Source of the DNA: a virus
Lineage: Duplodnaviria; Caudoviricetes
DNA: 39,015 bases
Virus record (IMG/VR): IMGVR_UViG_3300049051_000067
Location: 1 to 39,015 of that record
Reading direction: 5' to 3' (one strand)
Shown here one piece after another: positions 1-7,290 of this stretch (its first letter is position 1; each line of letters starts with the position of its first letter). The notes below the pieces were generated by a model. It made no database searches. It saw nothing but the letters and a program-made list of their open reading frames with translations, and had not been told where the DNA came from. The position numbers and the translations under genes are program-made.

Positions 1-789
1 TCAGAAAAGGCCTGCTGGATCTAACGTCCTATCCCAGCTGTAAATGATCACTTCATTACGATCGACCGTCGCGCCGGCGCCACCGACCGTGTATTTGATA
101 GGTACCGAGTCGATGTCGAAACCAGCAAAGATGCGCCGGATCTCAGGGTGGTCGTTCAGACTGACAATCGCCCTGCCCTGCAAGCCTCTCAAGGCCTCCG
201 CCATCTTAACGTACTCCTCCACCGGAAAATCATTACCGTAGCCGGCAGTCTCCAGGTATGGCGGGTCCATATAGAAAAACGTGTGCGGGCGGTCGTACCG
301 TGTCACAAGCTTGAGCCAGTCCATTTTTTCGATATAGGCGCCAGATAACCGCAAATGTGCGGCCGACAAGTTTTCCTCGATGCGCAGAAGGTTGACCGGC
401 GGCGCAGTGGTGGCCGTACCGTAGTTCTGCCCTTCGACCTTGGCGCCGAAGCAGTTGTGCTGTAGGTAGAAGAACCGCGCGGCGCGCTGGATGTCGGTGA
501 GCGTTTCCACAGGCGTGTCCTGCAGCCACTTGAATAGCTCGCGACTGGACAGCGCCCATTTGAATTGCCGGACAAACTCCTCCAGGTGGCACTTGACCAC
601 CCGGTATAAATTCACCAGGTCGCCGTTCACATCGTTGAGTACCTCCACCTGGGCCGGCGGCCGCAAGAAATACAGTGCTGCGCCGCCGGCAAAGACCTCC
701 ACGTAGCAGGTATGTGGCGGAAACTGCGGAATCAAATGATCGGCCAGGCGGCGCTTGCCACCCATCCACGGAATAATAGGCATTGCCAT
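1..789 (-). CDS. DNA adenine methyltransferase (Dam/D12 family, alpha class)
   Basis: PWMGGK N-terminus, motif I YVEVFAGGAA and motif IV YMDPPY; lies after the lysis genes. Confidence 0.93.
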   Translation of the reverse strand: MAMPIIPWMGGKRRLADHLIPQFPPHTCYVEVFAGGAALYFLRPPAQVEVLNDVNGDLVNLYRVVKCHLEEFVRQFKWALSSRELFKWLQDTPVETLTDIQRAARFFYLQHNCFGAKVEGQNYGTATTAPPVNLLRIEENLSAAHLRLSGAYIEKMDWLKLVTRYDRPHTFFYMDPPYLETAGYGNDFPVEEYVKMAEALRGLQGRAIVSLNDHPEIRRIFAGFDIDSVPIKYTVGGAGATVDRNEVIIYSWDRTLDPAGLF

Positions 790-812
790 GAGTAAACCTT
801 TTAGTTATTAAT

Positions 813-823
813 TGTGCTAGACT
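813..823 (+). promoter_or_regulatory. Putative extended -10 promoter (TGTG-C-TAGACT), antisense to the late operon
   Basis: TGTGCTAGACT in an AT-rich patch, ~6 bp before a structured GC-rich segment. Confidence 0.5.
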
Positions 824-828
824 CTGCC

Positions 829-928
829 CGCCTCCCGGGAGGTGCAGGGCCCTGGCTTGGTTCACTGGCTGCGTCAGTGGGTCGAGGCCAGGTTCAGCTG
901 TTCCCGCAGCTGCTCCTGGCGCCCTGTC
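829..928 (+). ncRNA. Candidate structured antisense RNA overlapping the methyltransferase leader
   Basis: 5' hairpin CGCCTC/GAGGTG; closing stem CAGGGC (845-850) with GCCCTG (921-926); internal hairpins TTGGTTCACTGG/TCAGTGGGTCGA (G-U pairs form only on the + strand) and CAGCTG-TTCCCG-CAGCTG. Confidence 0.45.
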
Positions 929-1438
929 TTACTGCTTAATCTCTTTCAAATCGTTGTAGTACTCCCGCAGACCTATCGCGAGTTCGCGCCAGGCGCGGCA
1001 GGCGGTTGCGTTGTGGGCTTCGACACCGGCAACTTCAGCAAGCGGAATGCCGGCGGCGTCACGGTCAGTGCCGGCGGCAGGTCCGGCAGGTTCACCTGAC
1101 CAGGCGGCATTGAAGCTGCGCACCCAACCAACGCTGACACCAGGCTGCAGGTCATCAGCAGCCGCGACCAATTCCGGTACTTGATTTTCAATTTGCTCTC
1201 CTTGTACATAGATTTTTTGAATACGGTCGCGGTATTTCACTTCCGTGCGCACGACCACTTGCGTTCGCGCTTGCGCGACAGCGATGCCACGACGGGCCTG
1301 CTCCGCCACATATTCGAGATGGCGCTCGCCGGCTGATCGCTCCCCCTGGAGAACGCCGAGCAGATAGACGGCGAGGCCGGCGGCGATCGCAATTCCGAGA
1401 CGAGCTGGCAGTGGCAACACCTTGAGCCAAGTAATCAT
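929..1438 (-). CDS. Rz-like inner-membrane spanin
   Basis: Start reassigned to ATG 1438 (ATGA overlap with the endolysin stop). N-terminal transmembrane helix LGIAIAAGLAVYLLGV followed by a periplasmic helical region; directly after the endolysin. Confidence 0.7.
   Translation of the reverse strand: MITWLKVLPLPARLGIAIAAGLAVYLLGVLQGERSAGERHLEYVAEQARRGIAVAQARTQVVVRTEVKYRDRIQKIYVQGEQIENQVPELVAAADDLQPGVSVGWVRSFNAAWSGEPAGPAAGTDRDAAGIPLAEVAGVEAHNATACRAWRELAIGLREYYNDLKEIKQ
973..1191 (-). CDS. Rz1-like outer-membrane lipoprotein spanin embedded in Rz
   Basis: SD AAGGAG, TTG start, basic N-region KIKYRNWSR, hydrophobic stretch, lipobox LVG|C and Pro-rich mature part (MPPGQVNLPDLPPALTVTPP); fully nested in another frame. 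Confidence 0.7.
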   Translation of the reverse strand: MKIKYRNWSRLLMTCSLVSALVGCAASMPPGQVNLPDLPPALTVTPPAFRLLKLPVSKPTTQPPAAPGANSR

Positions 1439-2079
1439 TTCGCACCTCCAGCACCGAGCACTCCCCATGCAGCCTCGTAAAACTGCACTCGATCTTTCCA
1501 GCCGATGCTGTCGCCGATCACCACCGTTTTTTTGCCTCGGTTGACCATATCGCACACGCCATCGAAGTCGCGCGCATCGGCGTAGCGGTTGAGATCATTC
1601 ACAGCCCAGAACCAGCCGGCGCTGCGGCATGCCCCCATCGGGGTCTGAAGCCACGCCGCCACGTCGGCGCGTGGCACTCCGAAATGGCGCGCACATGCGG
1701 CATGGTTATTTTCGAAGGTGAGCTGGATTGCGCCAGCGCCGCGGTTACGCCAACCGTCGCCGCTTGCCTCGTCCCCATTCCCCTCGCGGTTGGCATAGGC
1801 CCGGTTCGCAATGCGTTCAGGCTGACGCGCATACTGCAATGCCAATGCTGGTGGAAAGCGCTGCGGCCAGGTGCGCGTCAGCGCCTCAGCCGAATAGTTC
1901 AGGTTTTCCTCCAGGACGCCGAGCTGCACCGATTCGTGCGCCACAGTGGCAAGAAAGGCCGCCTGCCTGGCCGCTGTTCCGATCGCAAACTCCGCCATCG
2001 CCACCGTCAGCGGTTCGATGAAAGCGTCCACGCGGCCGCGGGCCTGCGGCATAATGGCCAGCAATTGCGCGCCGTTCAT
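1435..2079 (-). CDS. Endolysin, glycoside hydrolase family 19
   Basis: Motifs QAAFLATVAHES, LEENLNYS, GDGWRNRGAGAIQLT and SAGWFW; start at ATG 2079 overlaps the upstream stop. Confidence 0.92.
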   Translation of the reverse strand: MNGAQLLAIMPQARGRVDAFIEPLTVAMAEFAIGTAARQAAFLATVAHESVQLGVLEENLNYSAEALTRTWPQRFPPALALQYARQPERIANRAYANREGNGDEASGDGWRNRGAGAIQLTFENNHAACARHFGVPRADVAAWLQTPMGACRSAGWFWAVNDLNRYADARDFDGVCDMVNRGKKTVVIGDSIGWKDRVQFYEAAWGVLGAGGAK

Positions 2080-2324
2080 ACCCAGGCTCCAGTCTTGCGT
2101 CGATTGAAGGCGAAGTGCGCTGCGACGCCAACGGCGAACAAGCACACCAACAAATCGCTGCGGTAGAAGCACAGCGCGAGCGCCGCGACCGCGCCAGTGG
2201 TGAGCGCCACATAGGAGAACCGCATGCCATGACCGGTCCGCGGCCCCATCCGGTTCAGGGTGCCTAATCCGACCAGCAGCACGTACAACGCTGCCAGCCC
2301 CTGTACGATAGAAATAATGGCCAT
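2076..2324 (-). CDS. Small multi-TM membrane protein, holin/antiholin-like
   Basis: 82 aa with about three hydrophobic segments and a basic C-terminus (NRRK); directly upstream of the endolysin. Confidence 0.6.
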   Translation of the reverse strand: MAIISIVQGLAALYVLLVGLGTLNRMGPRTGHGMRFSYVALTTGAVAALALCFYRSDLLVCLFAVGVAAHFAFNRRKTGAWV

Positions 2325-2327
2325 ATC

Positions 2328-2654
2328 TCACTCCTTTGAGTCCGGTACATTGGGCAATCGAACATTGCGGAAGCGGTCGACCACAGCCAGCAGCGCGGGC
2401 ACGGCACGCATTGCAACGAGGCCGGCGAAGAACGCCAGGCCGCGCTCGAATGGGTCAGGCAACGCCAAGTAATGCAGCGCCAGGGGCGCCGCCGACACGG
2501 CGACGGCCGTCCCGGCCAGGACTGAGGTGACCGCCTGGCCTCGCGTCATTTCCTTCGCATAGCTCAGCGAGACCGCCGCGCCCACGAACGAAAAGACCAA
2601 GGTCGCGACTTTCACGCCAGCGATGTTTTCAACAGCGGATGGATCGAGTTGCAT
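2328..2654 (-). CDS. Putative holin
   Basis: 108 aa with three hydrophobic segments; first gene of the lysis cassette. Confidence 0.65.
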   Translation of the reverse strand: MQLDPSAVENIAGVKVATLVFSFVGAAVSLSYAKEMTRGQAVTSVLAGTAVAVSAAPLALHYLALPDPFERGLAFFAGLVAMRAVPALLAVVDRFRNVRLPNVPDSKE

Positions 2655-2663
2655 AGGCGCTTT

Positions 2664-3134
2664 CTAAGAGTTGTAATCAGGGTTGATCGCCATCAGGGCA
2701 ATTTCACCTACATGGGAAAGATTGGCGAAAACTGGGCGGCCAGCTGCACGAAGTACTGCGGCCGCCAGCTCATAGCAGAACCAGCGATCATCCTCGGCCC
2801 AGTCGCGGCCGGGCGCCAATCCCAGGCCGAATGCACCTCGCCAGTCGTAGCGCTTCTTGCCATCGCATTGGGCCTCGACCCATGCAATGCCCGCCGCGGC
2901 GTCCGGCACCTGGTAATGGATGGTTCGCACCGTGGTTTGCCCACGGAGCGCAGCAGCATGGTCGACAGACCGGACCCCGTGCAGCATCGTGGCCTCATAG
3001 CACCGGTCGGGGCCCACCACGATGGCATGCGACGACAGGGCGAGCGCAAAGCGGCTGCGAGGCATGACCCAACGAATCAGCCAGGACACCGGGTTCCAGC
3101 GCCGGCGCGTAAAGACGACAGTAATGGTGTTCAA
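2664..3134 (-). CDS. Permuted papain-like NlpC/P60 (YiiX/YebB-like) protein
   Basis: His-before-Cys arrangement: SSHA ... YEA ... YDW ... WFCYEL. Confidence 0.75.
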   Translation of the reverse strand: MNTITVVFTRRRWNPVSWLIRWVMPRSRFALALSSHAIVVGPDRCYEATMLHGVRSVDHAAALRGQTTVRTIHYQVPDAAAGIAWVEAQCDGKKRYDWRGAFGLGLAPGRDWAEDDRWFCYELAAAVLRAAGRPVFANLSHVGEIALMAINPDYNS

Positions 3135-3685
3135 TTCAGGCCCTCCTCGATTTGCCCTGCTTCAGTCAAAATGTTGTCGCGCGCCGCTTCGGCGGCCGCG
3201 ACGCTTTCCGCGCCCAAGATTTCGTACTTCCGCATTCGAAGCGCCCCCAAGTCACGCAGCGCTGCATGCAAGGTGTCCGCTTGCTGGATGATCAAATCGG
3301 CGGCCGCGGATGGCTCCATCTGCGCGGCGCTAGCGAACGCGGCAATCCAAATGCCGCATTCCCCCTGATAGTCAGCCGCCACGAAGGCGCGCGCGGCGCT
3401 CTCACGCTCGGCATACTCCCTATCGAAGCGCATCCAGCGCTGGTAGATCAGCGCGATCGCGTCGTCCACCGAAGCCGACAAGCGCTTTTTCAGCACAGCC
3501 AGGTCAACATCGGGTGAGGCAAGCCTCTCAACACCAGTGCGATCGCTATTGGCTCTGTAAGATGGCCAGTCCACCCTGATGTGGTCTGGAACCTCAATGA
3601 AGCATTGAGCGTGCTCCGGCGGCACGGCCTGCAGATAAGCTCCGGTCAGCGCCCCGTCCTGGTCGAAAGTGACATAGCTGATCAT
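3131..3685 (-). CDS. Putative tail fibre assembly/chaperone protein
   Basis: Coupled to the tail fibre gene by an ATGA overlap; EYAERESAARAF ... LRDLGALRMRK helical pattern typical of fibre-associated genes. Confidence 0.55.
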   Translation of the reverse strand: MISYVTFDQDGALTGAYLQAVPPEHAQCFIEVPDHIRVDWPSYRANSDRTGVERLASPDVDLAVLKKRLSASVDDAIALIYQRWMRFDREYAERESAARAFVAADYQGECGIWIAAFASAAQMEPSAAADLIIQQADTLHAALRDLGALRMRKYEILGAESVAAAEAARDNILTEAGQIEEGLN

Positions 3686-4872
3686 GCAACCCTCCAGATA
3701 ATTCCATCCAAATAGAGTTCGGATTGGCCGCTGCTGACGGCATTACCCATGCCGGCAGAACCTGCGCCCGACGAAATGAAATGGCGGATCCGGAAGACCT
3801 TCGTCGATGTGATGGTTATCCGGCCGGTGATCGTCGACGAGTGCTGATAAGAAGACATGCCCAGCAACGAATAGGCCCCATCGGTCACGTTTTCGAGGAA
3901 TGCCTGGGAGCCGTAGTTCCCCCTGCAGAGGTTGATCGAGACCTCGTAAGTGCCCGGCTCCAGAGTGATCTGGTTGCTCGCGATCGAGGCGCCTGCGAGC
4001 GTGTTCGCCACGATCGTGTTGATAACCCGCGTGACAAAGCCGCCGATCACGCCGTTGTCAGCCTGCACCCCACTTGCGCGCCGATCCTGAAAGTGCAGAA
4101 AGCCTCCGGTGCCAGGGTCCAGCAACAGCATGGTCAGCTTGGTTCCGTCGCAAGTTACCAGCGCGGTTTGCCCGGGATGCAGCGGTCGCGTAGCCTGGCC
4201 ATCGATCAGTTCACTGGCTGCTGGATCAAGCGTGATCAGCCCGGTGCCTGTGTTCTTCAAGAACACCGAAAACGCCGGCCCCAGCGTGCCTACGGCCGTG
4301 AACGAAAGCGTGAACGTGCCAGCCAGGCGCAGGAGTTTGAAAACATCGGTTGCCAGGACCGTATCCGGACTCGAAATGTCCCGCGCTGAGATTGCCGGCG
4401 AGCCGGCTGGGCCCACGTCGCCGGCCCGTGCGGTGACGAAGAACGCCCAATCCGAATAGCTTCCAGACCCCTCGACACGCTCGACATTCAACGTCAGGGC
4501 ACCGGTAACGCTGTCATACGCAGTCACCCTCCCATACATATAGACATCGACGTTGCTTGAACGCTGGACACGAAGGAAGGTCCCTACCGAGAAGAACTTC
4601 CCGGCCTGGGTGGCAAAGGCCTTGGCCCCGGCCCCCATGGTCACCGCCGAAGCACTGGTCCCCTGCAGCGAAGCTGCCAACGACTGCGCGAGCGCGGCGC
4701 TGGCGGCGGCTTGCAATGCCTTGGATGTGGCGGTGGATGCATCCACGCCAGTTTGCGCCATCATGTCGGAAAGCATCTGCAGCAGGAAAGTCGCATAGCC
4801 CCCGTTGCGCATGTCGCGTGGAGACGATCCGTCATCCGAATAGGTCCGGCCGTTGGCCGTGATTTGCGTCAT
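3682..4872 (-). CDS. Tail fibre / receptor-binding protein
   Basis: Ala-rich coiled segment, beta-rich Gly/Thr/Ser domains and a C-terminal beta-sandwich-like region; follows the tail tip genes. Confidence 0.65.
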   Translation of the reverse strand: MTQITANGRTYSDDGSSPRDMRNGGYATFLLQMLSDMMAQTGVDASTATSKALQAAASAALAQSLAASLQGTSASAVTMGAGAKAFATQAGKFFSVGTFLRVQRSSNVDVYMYGRVTAYDSVTGALTLNVERVEGSGSYSDWAFFVTARAGDVGPAGSPAISARDISSPDTVLATDVFKLLRLAGTFTLSFTAVGTLGPAFSVFLKNTGTGLITLDPAASELIDGQATRPLHPGQTALVTCDGTKLTMLLLDPGTGGFLHFQDRRASGVQADNGVIGGFVTRVINTIVANTLAGASIASNQITLEPGTYEVSINLCRGNYGSQAFLENVTDGAYSLLGMSSYQHSSTITGRITITSTKVFRIRHFISSGAGSAGMGNAVSSGQSELYLDGIIWRVA

Positions 4873-5720
4873 AGCAGTTCCTTCAATTCAAATGCGGCGC
4901 GCCGGGTACTGAAAAAGGGATATTCGATGGGACTGAGCGTTCGCATGCGGCCGAGGAATCCGCGCAGCTGCGCATCTGCCATGTCGCTTGCGTCAGGCAG
5001 ATACAGGACCTCCCCGCTCACGCCAAGGCGGCGCTGCATCTCGAAAAACGAGCGGAATTCACTTTGCTGGCCCAAGTGATCCAGCACAAACCGCGTGACA
5101 CGTCCGGCCCGTCGCTCGTCAAAATAGTCGGTACCGCCGGGGGTGGTTTCGACCTGGGTCAGCGATTCCCAAGCGTCGCTCATGCCGTAGCTCATGTTGT
5201 ATGCCGGCGAGACTCCACCGCCAGCGAACACCCGACCCAGCTGGACGTACCCAGACGGATTGAATGGATCCATGAGAGAGATCCGGACATACCGCGCCGC
5301 GACGTCCGCCGGCGCCATGAAGATTGCCGCGAAGGGATGCCCAACCGACTCATCGTCATAACGCCCTTCCCACCAGTTCGCATCGCCCCACTCGACCACG
5401 CCGGTATCGAAAGAGATGCGCCAGACCAACTGGTCTCCTGAGTCGTAGATGTCCGCGCCACCTGGGGCCGAGCCGAGCTGAATGCGCCATGTAGCCGAAC
5501 GGCTCAAGTTGTGGTTAACCAGCGCAAACGCGCGCATGGAGTACGCGTTCAGCAGATCGAAGTCCAGCAGCACGTTGTCAAGAGAGGCGCTGCGAGCAAC
5601 CTGGGTCATCGCGCGCGTCAATACGTTCGCTGCCGGGAGGGCTGGCAACCAAGTTCCGCCGCTGACAGTGGCCACCCCCGCTGTTACGCGATTCGGCCAG
5701 CCTAGATACAGTTTTCCCAT
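4869..5720 (-). CDS. Tail tip / minor tail protein
   Basis: Start reassigned to ATG 5720 (MGKLYLGWPN), just after the upstream stop. ALVNHNLS and YVQLGRVFAG pattern; located after the tape measure. Confidence 0.6.
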   Translation of the reverse strand: MGKLYLGWPNRVTAGVATVSGGTWLPALPAANVLTRAMTQVARSASLDNVLLDFDLLNAYSMRAFALVNHNLSRSATWRIQLGSAPGGADIYDSGDQLVWRISFDTGVVEWGDANWWEGRYDDESVGHPFAAIFMAPADVAARYVRISLMDPFNPSGYVQLGRVFAGGGVSPAYNMSYGMSDAWESLTQVETTPGGTDYFDERRAGRVTRFVLDHLGQQSEFRSFFEMQRRLGVSGEVLYLPDASDMADAQLRGFLGRMRTLSPIEYPFFSTRRAAFELKELL

Positions 5721-5721
5721 C

Positions 5722-7290
5722 CTATCCCCACAAAACGACATCGGCCCGCATGCGGTCGAGGTCGATACCAATTGACACCACCAGCATCAGTACCCCCTCA
5801 CCCCAATCGAAGCGCGGGTACTTCAGCATTGCCACCTTGCCTATGTCGACCGCCAGCATCAGCTCCTCGGTGAGCGGTGCCGTGACCATCACCATGTCTC
5901 GCTCGACACCGAAGAGCGCCAACTTGCGCGCCGCCTCGCCGACATCGTCCTCACGCGATCCAGACTTGCCGCTGTAGACATCAACCTGCAACTCGCCGGC
6001 CAGCGGATGGAGCGCTCGAACTGCCTCATTGGTTGCCGGCACTTCCAGCGGCCATTCGCTGTCGTACCACTTTGCCCACCAGGCTGGCACCGAGCCGGCA
6101 AAGGTCGTTTGCGGTGCGCCATTGAACGAGGTCCGGCAAGTCACTTTCCAGATAGGAATGCTGGTCGCCTCGGCATCCAGCCGTTGAATCTTGGTGACGT
6201 TGGACGGATTGAATTCCCAGACCGGCGCGCCGGCCGGCGGCGCCACGACACCCATCCGGAAATCGCCCAACGTGTCAAACCCGAACCAGAGGGAGGCCGA
6301 GCCGGCGATCTTCGACATTGCAGACCGTGCGCTTTCATCATCGGAAATGCGGTATCCATATGCCGGCAACCGCGCGGCATTCACAATGGCTACGTCGCCG
6401 GCATTGATCCTGGCCGGGTCGACTCCGGCCTGGACGGCCATATGCCGCAAAATATTGCCGGGCAAGGAAGGGCTGGTATCGGTATGGGTGGCCAGATCAG
6501 TCACCGTGGCGCTGCAAGTGAGCATGAACGTCGGCTTCAGCCCCAACTTAATCAGCCCTTCTGCGCTGCAGCGCCCGTAGCTGCCCGAAGGCACGGACAA
6601 CGCGACCAGATCCGCGTAGTTTGCGCATTCGACCATTGGACCGGGGTGCGGAATCAAGTTCTCACCGCCGTCCTGCACCCGCAGCGCCATCGTCCCGAGG
6701 CCCGGTGGCGGAGCGCCAACGGCATAAATCAGGTTCAGCTCGTCGATCAGCTGTGGCGCGCAACCATACGATGTGCCAAACGCCAGCGGCTTGCGCACAC
6801 CTTTAGCGCTGATTGCGGTCCCCTCGGCACCGCCGGTGGCGGCATATACCGCCGCGGCGAGTGGACGATCCAGGTCAACCAAACCATCGCTCAGCAAGAT
6901 TCGCACGGCGCCGGAGGTTTCAGTCAGTTCGAACAGCGCGCACTTCATCGTGCAGCGCAAAACGGTAACGAAATCGTCAGGGTATGCTGCGCCTGGCTTA
7001 CCGAAGCGGACTGTATACGCACGACCGTCCACCCCGTAACGTGCGAATTCGTCCAGTCCACCGTCAAGGTTTGCGAGTTTGCATTCGCCCAAAGCGGCCC
7101 TGACTTCGCCGAACACCCTCGCCCCGTTGAACAGGTCGCGGCGCATATTCGCGGCCTGCAGCAGGCGCGGCTGCACCCACTCGTTTTGCGGATCGTCCGA
7201 AGGACCAGTGGTCCAACCTTCCTGTGCAAAGAGGAACCGTTTGATCGTGCCAGCGGCGTCGATCGCGGCCTCAATCTCCACAACAATCAT
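5722..7290 (-). CDS. Tail tip / hub-like protein
   Basis: 522 aa coupled to the tape measure; beta-rich with a KPLAFG motif. Confidence 0.6.
   Translation of the reverse strand: MIVVEIEAAIDAAGTIKRFLFAQEGWTTGPSDDPQNEWVQPRLLQAANMRRDLFNGARVFGEVRAALGECKLANLDGGLDEFARYGVDGRAYTVRFGKPGAAYPDDFVTVLRCTMKCALFELTETSGAVRILLSDGLVDLDRPLAAAVYAATGGAEGTAISAKGVRKPLAFGTSYGCAPQLIDELNLIYAVGAPPPGLGTMALRVQDGGENLIPHPGPMVECANYADLVALSVPSGSYGRCSAEGLIKLGLKPTFMLTCSATVTDLATHTDTSPSLPGNILRHMAVQAGVDPARINAGDVAIVNAARLPAYGYRISDDESARSAMSKIAGSASLWFGFDTLGDFRMGVVAPPAGAPVWEFNPSNVTKIQRLDAEATSIPIWKVTCRTSFNGAPQTTFAGSVPAWWAKWYDSEWPLEVPATNEAVRALHPLAGELQVDVYSGKSGSREDDVGEAARKLALFGVERDMVMVTAPLTEELMLAVDIGKVAMLKYPRFDWGEGVLMLVVSIGIDLDRMRADVVLWG

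Noticed and set aside
233-865. 210-aa alternative-frame ORF overlapping the methyltransferase and starting inside the structured leader
   Set aside because: No motif and no Com-like Cys zinc finger; most likely a shadow frame, although a leader-peptide role cannot be fully excluded.
3682-4872. Diversity-generating retroelement or invertible tail fibre cassette
   Set aside because: No reverse transcriptase, TR/VR repeat pair, invertase or flanking inverted repeats were seen in the window.
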